DNA of 64,000 nucleotides from an uncultured Acidimicrobiales bacterium (GTDB lineage Bacteria; Actinomycetota; Acidimicrobiia; Acidimicrobiales; SZUA-35): NCBI GenBank assembly GCA_938021675.1, contig CALIFY010000075.1, positions 18,382 to 82,381 of the forward strand, read 5' to 3'. Shown piece by piece: positions 9,044 to 18,921 of this stretch (position 1 is its first letter; each line of letters starts with the position of its first letter). The notes under the pieces were generated by a model. It saw only the letters and a program-made list of their open reading frames with translations, ran no database searches and was not told where the DNA came from. The position numbers and the translations under genes were made by a program.

Positions 9044-9841
9044 CTAGTACATCGACGATCGTCGGTCAGCAGAGAGCTCGTCCCTCGCAACGTCGAGGGC
9101 TCGACGCGCTCCGTCGGTAGCGGCCGCAGTGTCGGAGGTGACCGTAACCATTCTGAATCCCTGGGCTAGTCGCTTCCCGACCAACGTTGGAACCGAGTGG
9201 ATGCCTGGAGCGATGCCATTGTCATGACACACAGCCACGATATGAGCGATGGCATCGGCGAAGACCTGAGCGTCGTTATCTGCTCCGGGGCCAAGCCCAA
9301 GACTGATTCCAAGATCGGACGGGCCGACATAGATAGCGTCGATTCCCTGAACTTTGATGATGTCTTCGAGATTCTCCACCGCCGCTTCGGTCTCGATCAT
9401 CGGAATGCAAGCGATCTCCTCGTTTGCCTCTTCGAAGTACGACGGACCCAACACCGGTGCGGCCCGGCCGGGCCCGTAACTTCTCGAACCGGCAGGCGCA
9501 TACCGGCAGGCCGAGACCGCCTGCTCCGCCTCGGTCACCGTGTTGACCATGGGGATAATGATGCCCATCGCCCCGGCATCGAGCAGCTTTCCGATACTGC
9601 CAGGTTCATTCCATGGTGCCCGAGCCAGCGGAATACCCTTCGAACTGCGCATCGCCTGCAGTGCTGGTACTGCGTGGACATAATCGATCAATCCGTGTTG
9701 CATATCGAGACAGAAATAGTCGTAGTCGACCGAAGCCATCAGTTCGGTCGTCACCGGATCAGCGGCTGATAGCCAAAGGCCAAGGGTCGCCTCTTCAGAG
9801 CGCCAAGCGGTCTTAAGCGAGTTCGTTCTCATCCCGGCCAA
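9044..9841 (-). CDS. HpcH/HpaI family 2-keto-3-deoxy-acid aldolase
   Basis: 265 aa with LWLSAADPVTTELMASVDYDYFCLDMQHG, IPMIETEAAV, YVGPSDL, which fit the HpcH/HpaI aldolase pattern. Confidence 0.75.
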   Translation of the reverse strand: MAGMRTNSLKTAWRSEEATLGLWLSAADPVTTELMASVDYDYFCLDMQHGLIDYVHAVPALQAMRSSKGIPLARAPWNEPGSIGKLLDAGAMGIIIPMVNTVTEAEQAVSACRYAPAGSRSYGPGRAAPVLGPSYFEEANEEIACIPMIETEAAVENLEDIIKVQGIDAIYVGPSDLGISLGLGPGADNDAQVFADAIAHIVAVCHDNGIAPGIHSVPTLVGKRLAQGFRMVTVTSDTAAATDGARRALDVARDELSADRRSSMY

Positions 9842-9865
9842 ACCTAGAGGTACGGGTGAGGCACC

Positions 9866-11428
9866 TCAAGTCCTTCGTTCTGACATCGGCTGCTGACGGG
9901 AACGATCCCGTCTTGGCACCGACGGCCTGCGAACAATTCGAGCCAGTGTTGGCCTGACCCGCGGTATCGGCAGCTTCACCAAGGCGAGCAAAATGGGGTA
10001 GATCTCCAGTCGGCCCAGCAGCATGTTGACGATGGCGACCAACCGACCAAACATCGGCACCGCTAGGAAGTCCGAACCGATCGCCCCGAGCCCGGGGCCG
10101 ACATTGCCGAGGCTGGTGGCCGACGCTGAGAAGGCGGTGACAAGATCGGTACCGGTGAGTGCGATGAGAAGGCTGCCACCACCAAACGCGGCCAGAGACA
10201 ACACGAGATGGCCGACGACCTGGTTCGCCACCTGGTTGTCGAGCACGGTCCCACCGACTCTTACCGGGCGAACAATTCCCTGGTGTAGCTGCGACAGCGC
10301 GGAGCGATGGGCAAAGCTGGCGACGGCCAGGATGCGGATCAGCTTGACCCCTCCGGCTGTCGAGCCGGCCATGGCACCAAGCGGCATGAGGATCAGGAGC
10401 ACGGCCTGGGCTGCGTCGCTCCAGCCGCCGACGAAGTCGACCGTGGCGTAACCGGTAGTCGACACGATGGCTAGCACGGTAAACAACGAGTCTCGGAGCC
10501 CTTCAGCGTCGCGGGCCCCAGCATCGGCGGTAAAGAACACCGCACCGGTAGCTAGCGCAACCACCGCGCAGTATGTCCGGAACTCAACCGAGCAGAGCAA
10601 CGGGGTCATTCGGCCCCGAAGCAACTTGTACAACAACGTGAAGCTGGTCCCGGCGACAAACATTGCCACGATGACAATCCACTCGACGAAGGCCGAGTCG
10701 AAATGGGCGATCGATCCGGTATACGGCGAAAACCCACCGGTCGAGACGGTGGTAAAGGCATGGGTGACGGCGTCGTACAGACTCATGCCGGCCAGGAGGT
10801 ACAGGGCGGCGACGGCGACGGTGAAACCGAGGTATACGCCCCACAGGCGGCGGGCCGTCGAGCGAACCCGGGGGGTGAGACGCTCCCCGGTCGGCCCCGG
10901 CGCCTCTGCCGCCATGAGGCCCATTCCCCAGCCACCAACGGTCGGTAACACGGCGACGACGAGTGCGATCACGCCCATCCCCCCGAACCATTGGGAGATC
11001 GATCGCCAGAACAATATCCCGGCCGAGGCGTCGTACCGAAGCTGATCGTTCGGGTCGGCCTCAAGCACCGTGGCGCCGGTGGTCGAGAACCCAGACACCG
11101 ATTCGAACAAAGCCAAATCGAGGTCGGTAAGTGTGCCGCTCAGCAGGTAGGGCACCGCACCCAACAGTGAGATCGCCACCCACGACACCGTCACCGCGGC
11201 GAACACATCAAGCCGGGCAATCCTGACCGGAATCGCGGTGAACCGCCACAACAGATAGCCGGTTCCGGCCACGACAACACCGGGAAAGGCAAGTGGGATC
11301 CAATGGCGTTCGACCCCGCCGCTAATCACCTCGACAACGCCGGAGAGAACCATTCCGGCGCCGCAGAACGCCAGGGCCAGCCCAACCACATGAAGCGACA
11401 GACTGGCCGTCTCGCGGCGTGCAGTCAC
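9866..11428 (-). CDS. trkH: TrkH/KtrB family potassium transporter membrane subunit
   Basis: 520 aa, polytopic, with repeated selectivity-filter-like motifs (SGFSTTGATV, VSTGGFSP, VSTTGYATV, TSLGNVGPGLG). Overlaps the trkA stop by 4 nt. Confidence 0.88.
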   Translation of the reverse strand: MTARRETASLSLHVVGLALAFCGAGMVLSGVVEVISGGVERHWIPLAFPGVVVAGTGYLLWRFTAIPVRIARLDVFAAVTVSWVAISLLGAVPYLLSGTLTDLDLALFESVSGFSTTGATVLEADPNDQLRYDASAGILFWRSISQWFGGMGVIALVVAVLPTVGGWGMGLMAAEAPGPTGERLTPRVRSTARRLWGVYLGFTVAVAALYLLAGMSLYDAVTHAFTTVSTGGFSPYTGSIAHFDSAFVEWIVIVAMFVAGTSFTLLYKLLRGRMTPLLCSVEFRTYCAVVALATGAVFFTADAGARDAEGLRDSLFTVLAIVSTTGYATVDFVGGWSDAAQAVLLILMPLGAMAGSTAGGVKLIRILAVASFAHRSALSQLHQGIVRPVRVGGTVLDNQVANQVVGHLVLSLAAFGGGSLLIALTGTDLVTAFSASATSLGNVGPGLGAIGSDFLAVPMFGRLVAIVNMLLGRLEIYPILLALVKLPIPRVRPTLARIVRRPSVPRRDRSRQQPMSERRT

Positions 11429-12786
11429 GCCCGAAACACAGACTTGGCGGCCGAGATCGTGTCCGCTCGACCAAAGATCACGATGTGATCGCCAGCCTGC
11501 AGCAAGGTATGACCGCGGGCGATGACCGCTTGCTCACCTTTGCGGTTCACCGCGCCGATCAGCATGTCCTGCGGGAGTTCGAGATCGGCGACCCGTGCCC
11601 CGTCGGCCGGGCTGCCGGCGGAGATCTCCAGCTCATCAACTTCGGAGTCGCCTTCGAGAAAGGTGGTGACGGTTGCCGCGTCGCCTCGCACCACCCGCAA
11701 CACGGCGTTCGCTGAGGCGGTCCGAGGGCTGAGGGCCGCGTTGATCCCAAATCGCCTGACGAGCGGCAACAGCGCAAGACGATGGAGTACCGCCACCGTG
11801 AACCGGGTGCCTTCGGCGACCGCCACCGCGCAGGCCAACACGTTTGAGGCGTCTTCTCCGGTGGTGGCAACCACCGCGTCCATCCGCCCGATCGATCCGT
11901 TTAGCAGGACTTCGGTATCGTTGATATCTCCCTGCACCACCATCGTTCGGCTAAATCGCTGCGAGAGATCTTCGGCCCTGGCCGGATCGCGTTCGATAAG
12001 AACCACCTCGACCCCTTCTCGTTCGAGTCGAGCTGCGACCTGGCCCCCAACAGCGCCACCGCCGAGAACCATCACGCGTTGGGCACATGAACCATCGACA
12101 CCGAGAAGGTTCAACAAGGTGGTCTGAGCCGACGTCCGAGCGACGACCCGCACGTGATCGCCGGGCAATACCACCTGATCGCCTCGGGGGATGACGGTCT
12201 CGGTGCCCCGAGTGATAGCGCCAAATAAGAAGTCCCAGTCGTCGCCGAGTGATCGGCCGATCTCGTCGAGATCACGGTTGGCCAATGGCGCCCCTTCGGC
12301 TACCACGGCGCCGACCACCACCAGTTGGCCGTCGGCCATGGGGTATACCTCATCGGCTCCCGTGGTGTGGACGAGCTCCAAGATCTCATCGGCCGTCTCG
12401 GCGTCTGGATCGATGACAACGTCGGCTCCAGCGTTCGCCAACAGTTCAGACGCCGCCGCACTCCGGAGATCATCGTTCTCGACTCGGACCACGGTTGTGG
12501 CAACCCCATACTGTTTCGCCAACATCGAGGCGACCAGATTTACCTCATCGACCTGAGTAACAGCGGCGACCAGATCAGCCCTATCGATTCGGGCTTCCAA
12601 CAATCCGGTTGGGGTGGATCCGCTGGCGTTCACCACCTGAACGTCTAAATCACGCCCAATGGCCGCCGCCCGAACGGGATCGATCTCGACTACGACAACA
12701 TCGAGACCTTCATCCCTGAGCCGTTGGGCCAGATAGGCACCCACTTCGCCAGCACCAATAATTACCGCATGCACCGGTGACAGCAT
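11425..12786 (-). CDS. trkA: Trk system NAD-binding subunit TrkA (two RCK tandem)
   Basis: 453 aa with two Rossmann GxGxxG segments (IIGAGEVGAYLAQRL and VLGGGAVGGQVAARL), each followed by a TrkA-C-like region. Confidence 0.9.
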   Translation of the reverse strand: MLSPVHAVIIGAGEVGAYLAQRLRDEGLDVVVVEIDPVRAAAIGRDLDVQVVNASGSTPTGLLEARIDRADLVAAVTQVDEVNLVASMLAKQYGVATTVVRVENDDLRSAAASELLANAGADVVIDPDAETADEILELVHTTGADEVYPMADGQLVVVGAVVAEGAPLANRDLDEIGRSLGDDWDFLFGAITRGTETVIPRGDQVVLPGDHVRVVARTSAQTTLLNLLGVDGSCAQRVMVLGGGAVGGQVAARLEREGVEVVLIERDPARAEDLSQRFSRTMVVQGDINDTEVLLNGSIGRMDAVVATTGEDASNVLACAVAVAEGTRFTVAVLHRLALLPLVRRFGINAALSPRTASANAVLRVVRGDAATVTTFLEGDSEVDELEISAGSPADGARVADLELPQDMLIGAVNRKGEQAVIARGHTLLQAGDHIVIFGRADTISAAKSVFRA

Positions 12787-12887
12787 GGCGGGTGCGGAGC
12801 CGAAACGCTTGGCAATGGCCTAGTTTTTTGACGGTTTGTGCCAGTTTGGTGCCTTCGCGCTACCCAATCTTGGTGTCGGCGGAGGGG

Positions 12888-13667
12888 CTAGTCGGTCACG
12901 GTTCGCCGAAGCTTGCGGAGCAACGCATCGAAGATTCCGATCAGCTCTCGAGCCTGGCTGCCGAAGGCATGGATCGGTGCCCGCTCTTGATGAGCCTGAT
13001 TGATGATGACCCGATGGGGAATGGACGGCTTCCAAATCGATTGGGTGCCGACCATCTTGTTGAGCTCGGCGATCCGGGCCTCGGCGTCGCCCGAGATGGC
13101 GGGGACCCGATTGAGTACAACCCCCGCCAGGTCCAGGTCGTTGTTCTCGTTGCCCCAGACATCCTCGATTAGGTCGAGGACGGGCTCGATACCGCGGAGG
13201 CCGAATACGGTTGGCTCGACAACGACCAACGCTCCCTTGGCTGCCGCCAGGCCGTTTGCTGTGTTGAGTCCGAGTGACGGGCCGCAGTCGATGAGCACGA
13301 CGTCGTACTCATCGGTTAACCCTTCGAGCGCCCTGGCCAACCGCCTTCCGGTCGTCTCACGGCGAGCATCGGCGTCGCGGTCGGTCAGGTCGCCGGCGGC
13401 CGGTAGGAGCCAGATGTCCTCGCCCCACCCCGATTTGACGATCATTTCCGACGCAGACCCGGGCCGATTGGCCCGCATGGCATCGCCTGTCCCAAGGTTT
13501 CCCAGCGACGGATCGACGCCCAGGGAGTACGTGGCATTTGCTTGAGCGTCGAGATCGACCACGAGTGCTTTGAGACCGGCACTCCAGGCCGCAGACGCCA
13601 ATCCGAGGGTCACCGTCGTCTTACCGACGCCACCCTTTTGGTTCAGCACGGCAATACTACTTGTCAC
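12888..13667 (-). CDS. ParA/Soj family ATPase (no adjacent ParB)
   Basis: 259 aa with deviant Walker A IAVLNQKGGVGKTTVT and VVDLDAQANAT. Confidence 0.85.
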   Translation of the reverse strand: MTSSIAVLNQKGGVGKTTVTLGLASAAWSAGLKALVVDLDAQANATYSLGVDPSLGNLGTGDAMRANRPGSASEMIVKSGWGEDIWLLPAAGDLTDRDADARRETTGRRLARALEGLTDEYDVVLIDCGPSLGLNTANGLAAAKGALVVVEPTVFGLRGIEPVLDLIEDVWGNENNDLDLAGVVLNRVPAISGDAEARIAELNKMVGTQSIWKPSIPHRVIINQAHQERAPIHAFGSQARELIGIFDALLRKLRRTVTD

Positions 13668-13981
13668 TTGATCACCTCTCCGTTTCCAAAGATCGACCCG
13701 TGCAGGTAGTCACACTACGGAGGTCACCGCTCCCCGGCGGCATACTCACGGTCTGTTGTGGTGTTGCGACCAACACGGGTCTTCTTTCCCGCGTTCGCGA
13801 CCGGACGGCCACGCGGCCACCCGCTGAAACGAACACGCAATGGCCGCCGAAGCGACCGGCCCTACCCTATCGAGTCGAGAATCGACGTACGTATCGGCAC
13901 TCAAGCGAATGGGTTCACGCAATCCGGCGTAAAAAACGCAAAGACCATTTCGGCCGATTCTCCGACAGCCAGGATCGGGTA

Positions 13982-14419
13982 CTACAACGCAGCGCTTCGG
14001 CCTCGACCCTGAGAATGAAGATTGATAACATTCTCGCCTTGCTGTTCTTCAACAGCGGCTTGGAGCCGGGCGATTTCAGCCTCATGCTGATCCCGCTTAC
14101 GGCGAGCTGCGGTAAGTGCACCATCAGCGCGAGCTATCAGGCTTCGAAGATTCGCCATCTCCGCTGCGGTACGAGGATCGGGGCCGGATTGCTCTGACTG
14201 CGGCAGTACGAGCGGTGCCGGGGCATACGTGCCATCCTCGACTTCGGCTCGAAGAGCAAACAGGTCATTGACCGCCTGGGTTCGTTGACGTTCAATCTTC
14301 CGCCGGCTCTCGACGAGCTTCTTAACCACTCGTTGATGCCGACGGTCGAGTAGCCACAACAGAATTACACCGATCAGAATTCCGATCATCATGCCGATGG
14401 CGAGCTGTCCTAAATCCAT
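13982..14419 (-). CDS. Hypothetical single-pass membrane protein with coiled-coil tail
   Basis: 145 aa. N-terminal hydrophobic helix LAIGMMIGILIGVILLWLL followed by RRHQR, then charged helical sequence. No family recognised. Confidence 0.45.
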   Translation of the reverse strand: MDLGQLAIGMMIGILIGVILLWLLDRRHQRVVKKLVESRRKIERQRTQAVNDLFALRAEVEDGTYAPAPLVLPQSEQSGPDPRTAAEMANLRSLIARADGALTAARRKRDQHEAEIARLQAAVEEQQGENVINLHSQGRGRSAAL

Positions 14420-14687
14420 ATCGAGCTATCGCCTTCCGAGTCCAACGAGGAGCAGAGTACGGGTTGGCACATACCCTAGGGTACGTTGCGGTTAGGTTAC
14501 GGGCACCTCCATGCTACACACCGTGCGAAGCTATGAAGGCGGAGGTTGTTGATTGATGTGTGAGTTTAGTCAACCACGGACCGTAAGGCCACCGAGAGTT
14601 GCAATTCCCCGTTCTGAGACCCCACGACTAGGAAAATCGCCTATAAATCCTTGGGTTTTGCGCTACATCGGGCAATTTTCTGGCGGG

Positions 14688-15680
14688 CTAGAAGGAGAGG
14701 CTGACCTTCAACGCTCCGGCCGACACCGGGTCGTTGGCCATCTCGAACGCTGAGCTGATCTGTTCGACAGGAAAGACATGGGACAGCAAAGGACCGACAT
14801 CGATGTGGCCGCTGGCGATGAGGTCCAACGCAGCACGGAATGACACCGCATCACCCTCGTCCTGGGCACCGTAGGTGCTGCTAGCCGACAATCGCTTCCG
14901 AAAGAATTTGTCAAAACTAATGGGCACGCTGTCGCCTGTGTCGGGTAATCCGAACCACATCAGCTCCCCGTCTGGCCTCGCCAACTCGATCGATTGATGG
15001 AGCGCGTCACGCCGACCGACAGCTTCAACAACGTAATCCGCCCCGTCATCGGTCAGCTCGCCAACCACTTCCCCCAGGTCAACCTCGTCAACGTTGACGG
15101 TAACGTCGGCGCCGAAACGGGCCGACTGTTCGAGCCGAACCTTGGAACGATCGGCCGTAATCAACCGGGCCGCACCGCTTCGCTTCAGCCAAAAGGTCCA
15201 GAACAGTCCAGCCGAACCCTGCCCGATAATCACCACCGTCTTGCCGACAACATCGATCGACCGTTGGCGGGCGGCATACAGGACGGTGCCGAGTTGCTGG
15301 GCCATCAAAAGTTCGGGCTCGGTCACATCCCCGACCGGAAGGGGAAGTACATATCGGCCGTCCATTCGCTGATACTCGCTGAAACCTTCGGCGTGAAGCG
15401 CGTTAGGGAAACAAAGAACCCTCGTACCTTCCTCGACCCCAGGGTGGTTCGACCGGACGACCTCACCGATGCCTTCGTGCCCCGGATACCCGTGGGGGCA
15501 GGGAGGATCGAAGCGAAGACCGGCACCAAAACACACGACGTGAAGGTCAGAACCGCAGATCGAGGCCATGGTGGTCCTAACCAAAACCTCGCCTTCAGAC
15601 TCGATGGACGGCATCGGGACCTCAACACAACGGATGTCATTGTGGGCCATCACCTGCCCCGTTCGCATCAACTCAGCCAT
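14688..15680 (-). CDS. Zinc-dependent medium-chain dehydrogenase/reductase (sorbitol/threonine dehydrogenase-like)
   Basis: ICGSDLHV, GHEGIGEV, VIIGQGSAGL Rossmann segment. The listed ORF starts at 15800. Internal Met codons at 15680, 15668 and 15650 fit MDR length better. Start is uncertain. Confidence 0.75.
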   Translation of the reverse strand: MAELMRTGQVMAHNDIRCVEVPMPSIESEGEVLVRTTMASICGSDLHVVCFGAGLRFDPPCPHGYPGHEGIGEVVRSNHPGVEEGTRVLCFPNALHAEGFSEYQRMDGRYVLPLPVGDVTEPELLMAQQLGTVLYAARQRSIDVVGKTVVIIGQGSAGLFWTFWLKRSGAARLITADRSKVRLEQSARFGADVTVNVDEVDLGEVVGELTDDGADYVVEAVGRRDALHQSIELARPDGELMWFGLPDTGDSVPISFDKFFRKRLSASSTYGAQDEGDAVSFRAALDLIASGHIDVGPLLSHVFPVEQISSAFEMANDPVSAGALKVSLSF

Positions 15681-15773
15681 GGGCACGAGGGTAGATGTGT
15701 CTCCCTTGACCAAGCCAATAGCCTGAGCCGACCCGTAGCGATCCGCTGGCCGCTCGCCCAGTAGACTGTTCTC

Positions 15774-16529
15774 ATGGCCGACCCTGTCGAGCCGAGGCAC
15801 GGGTTACTCGGACTCCTCGGCCGTCCCGTGCTGTTTGAGCTCCGCAGCCCAATTGAACGCCGGATTCTCGAACGGTCGGCCTTCTGGCAGGGTTGCGGGC
15901 TCCCGGACGGGAAAGGACGCCCGGTGCTTGTGATCCCTGGTTTCTTAGCCGGACCGCGAAGCGCTCGCTGCCTCATTCATGTGCTCCGGGCATCCGGTTG
16001 GGATGCCGAGATCGCCAATGTCGGCCGAAACTCCGGTCCCGCGTACGTCGGCGTCGCAGCAGCCGAGTTCGATCTCGTCCGCTTGGCCGAAGCATCGGAC
16101 GAACCGGTAACCGTGATCGGTCATAGCCGAGGCGGCCAGTTCGCCCGAATCTTGGCCGTCCGAATGCCGAAACTCATCAGTCAAGTAATCACCATAGGGG
16201 CGCCGTTATCGGTGAAATACCCCGACTTCGCCGTCGTCAAGGTTCCGGCCGAGCTTCTCGATCGAACGTGGCGAGCCGGGGCATTTGGCGAAGTATTCCC
16301 CGAACTCGAAGATGAAGTGGACGATGACCGCCACAGTGAGTTTCCTCCCGGAATCGACTTCGTCTCCATATTTTCGCGCTCCGATGGCATCGTCGATTGG
16401 CGGACGGCGACCGACCCGGCTGCGACCTGCATTGAAGTGTCGGCCTCCCACCTCGGCCTTATCAACTCGGTCGCCGGGATCCGGGCCATAGCTGATGCAT
16501 TAGCCCGACAGTCGGCGGTCGCCGAATAG
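15774..16529 (+). CDS. Alpha/beta hydrolase (lipase/esterase-like)
   Basis: 251 aa with nucleophile elbow GHSRGG and PVLVIPGF. Confidence 0.65.
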   Translation: MADPVEPRHGLLGLLGRPVLFELRSPIERRILERSAFWQGCGLPDGKGRPVLVIPGFLAGPRSARCLIHVLRASGWDAEIANVGRNSGPAYVGVAAAEFDLVRLAEASDEPVTVIGHSRGGQFARILAVRMPKLISQVITIGAPLSVKYPDFAVVKVPAELLDRTWRAGAFGEVFPELEDEVDDDRHSEFPPGIDFVSIFSRSDGIVDWRTATDPAATCIEVSASHLGLINSVAGIRAIADALARQSAVAE

Positions 16530-16539
16530 ACGAGACGAG

Positions 16540-17370
16540 CTACCCGATCGCCGAGTGCGCAGCGACGAGTTCCTCGACCTTCACCGCTAGACCATCCCGA
16601 TCGCTCGGTTCGATGACTTCATCGGCTGCAGCCTTGGCCTCGGCGGTTCCATTGGCCATGGCGTACCCGGTTCCCGCCCATTCGAGCATGGGCACGTCAT
16701 TGTTGTTGTCCCCAAAGCACACGACGCTGGATCGAGCTACCCCAAGATCGGTGGCCAGAAGTGCAAGGGCGCTCGCTTTTGTAACTCGCCCTGCGGCAAG
16801 TTCAACAAAGGCACGACCTGAGTAGCTCGCCACCACGTCGTCGGCCGCAACATCCACCACGGATCGATACAGATCTTCGAAGCGACTCGACAAGTCGAAA
16901 ACGAGAATCTTCTGTACTCTCCCCCACCCATCCGCCCCGGTGGAAGCCCGACGCAGCGCCGACAGAACGTCGCTGGCCACGTACCCATCGGGAACGACTG
17001 GGACCAAGGTGTCAAAACCCGGCTCGTGGACGACAGCACGCTCGAACTCGATAGCGAAACCTACACCGGGCATCGAACGTCGGAGCTTGTCGACCAGGGC
17101 GACGACGAGCTCCGATTCAATCCAAAACCCTCGAACCAGCGTGTCTCGGCCGATGTGGCGGGTAACGGCGCCATTGGCGAATATCCAATGACCTTGCAGC
17201 CCGCTCTCACGGATGATGTCGCCCGCTATCGCTATCGGACGGCCGGTCACCGGGACGACATGGATACCAGCTTCGACCGCTGCGGACAGCGCAGCCTTGA
17301 CCCGAGGCGACAATGTACCGTCGGTGCGGAGCATCGTTCCATCCACGTCGGTCGCGATGAGGCCGATCAT
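16540..17370 (-). CDS. HAD-IIB (Cof-type) phosphatase
   Basis: 276 aa with IATDVDGTML (motif I) and GDNNNDVPMLEWAG (motif IV). Confidence 0.85.
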   Translation of the reverse strand: MIGLIATDVDGTMLRTDGTLSPRVKAALSAAVEAGIHVVPVTGRPIAIAGDIIRESGLQGHWIFANGAVTRHIGRDTLVRGFWIESELVVALVDKLRRSMPGVGFAIEFERAVVHEPGFDTLVPVVPDGYVASDVLSALRRASTGADGWGRVQKILVFDLSSRFEDLYRSVVDVAADDVVASYSGRAFVELAAGRVTKASALALLATDLGVARSSVVCFGDNNNDVPMLEWAGTGYAMANGTAEAKAAADEVIEPSDRDGLAVKVEELVAAHSAIG

Positions 17371-17398
17371 CGGCCAGCGACTACTTGGTAGTCAGAGG

Positions 17399-18856
17399 TC
17401 ACTGCGACGTTCCTTCGGCTTCTCGTCGCATCAGGTCCCACAATCGAGCGACATGCGCATGGTCCGTCGCTTCGACGCCGACCGAGACCCGTACCATCCA
17501 GCTGCCGGCGTTTGACTGGCCGGTGCTTTGCTGGCTGTCGAGGCGGGCACGGGTCAGGTACGCTTCGCCGGAGGCGTTGATCCGATCACACCAGGCGATC
17601 GTGTGCGCGTCGAGCACCGAGTCGCCGACCTCGGCACTTGGGCGATGACGGACACACACCGTCTGAAGCGGGACCGGGGCCATCAGTTCCCATCCCGGCG
17701 TTTCCTCGACCTGGGCGGCAAGCCATTTGGCGTTCCGGAGGTCTCGGCGGAGCCGATGTTGGATTGCTTCAACGCCGTCGAGCTGGAGATGAAACCACAG
17801 CTTAAGTGCTCGGAATCGACGGCCGAGCGGCAGGCCCCAGTCGCGGTACTGCGTAACCTGCCCATCCGCGCTCGACTGGAGATAGCTCGGATTGGTCGAC
17901 ATGACCCGAACCAGGTGCTCCACATCGCGAACGTAGTAGAGCGAGGTGTCGAGGATGGTACCCATCCATTTATGGGGATTCCAGCACAAGGAGTCAGCGC
18001 CCTCGACGCCGTTCCATAACGGGCGACACTCCGGAAGCAGCATCGCCGTGCCAGCCATGGCGGCGTCGACGTGGACCCATGCCCGATGGGCCGCCGCTGC
18101 GACCACAATCTCGGGTAGCGGATCGATGGCCGTGGTACCCGTGGTGCCGACCGTGGCGACGACCGCCGCCGGTCGCAAACCATTCGCCGCATCGATCGCC
18201 ATGAGTTCGACCAGGTTGGTCGGGTCCATGGCGTAGGTGGCCGGGTCGCTGGCAACGATGCGAACATGATCGGCACCATAACCACCGAGTAGCGCCGCTT
18301 TACGAACAGACGAGTGGGCTTGTGCCGTGGCGTACACGACTGGTGGTTCGGCCACCGAGCTAAGCCCCCCACCGGATTGAGCAAAACCGGTGGCCCGCTC
18401 GCGGGCCGATAACAGGGCGACGAGGCAAGCGGAGGAGGCTGTGTCATGGATCGTGCCTCGCCAAGCCGATGACAGCCCGGTCAAGGTGCGCATCCAGTCG
18501 CAAACCACTTCCTCTACCTCGGTAAGCGGCGGGCAGCTTTCCCACGAAATGCCGAGACCGCCGAGACCGGATGAGGCGATATCGCCGAGCACCGATGCCA
18601 GCGAAGCATTCGACGGAAACCAGCCGAAATGCATCGGGTGCTGGACCTGGGTCATTCCGGGAACGACAACCTTGTCGAGTTGGTCGAGTAGGTGTTCTAT
18701 GGTCGTCGGCTCCGTCGGAGGGTCGACGGAAAAACTCGCTGCGATGTCACCCGGCTGAACACTTGACCTGACCGGACCGCCGGCGAGACCGGCTCGGTAG
18801 TCGGCGATCCAGTCGATCAGCTGATGGCCCGCCTGCCGGAATTCTTCAGGTGACAT
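17399..18856 (-). CDS. PLP-dependent group II decarboxylase (aromatic-L-amino-acid decarboxylase-like)
   Basis: 485 aa with N-terminal EFRQAGHQLIDWIADY, HVDAAMAG, and NPHKW (PLP lysine). Confidence 0.85.
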   Translation of the reverse strand: MSPEEFRQAGHQLIDWIADYRAGLAGGPVRSSVQPGDIAASFSVDPPTEPTTIEHLLDQLDKVVVPGMTQVQHPMHFGWFPSNASLASVLGDIASSGLGGLGISWESCPPLTEVEEVVCDWMRTLTGLSSAWRGTIHDTASSACLVALLSARERATGFAQSGGGLSSVAEPPVVYATAQAHSSVRKAALLGGYGADHVRIVASDPATYAMDPTNLVELMAIDAANGLRPAAVVATVGTTGTTAIDPLPEIVVAAAAHRAWVHVDAAMAGTAMLLPECRPLWNGVEGADSLCWNPHKWMGTILDTSLYYVRDVEHLVRVMSTNPSYLQSSADGQVTQYRDWGLPLGRRFRALKLWFHLQLDGVEAIQHRLRRDLRNAKWLAAQVEETPGWELMAPVPLQTVCVRHRPSAEVGDSVLDAHTIAWCDRINASGEAYLTRARLDSQQSTGQSNAGSWMVRVSVGVEATDHAHVARLWDLMRREAEGTSQ

Positions 18857-18921
18857 GGCGACCCAATCTACCGCCCGGGGATCGGCGGTAGATTGGGTAT
18901 CGAACGCGTCGCCTTCGACTG

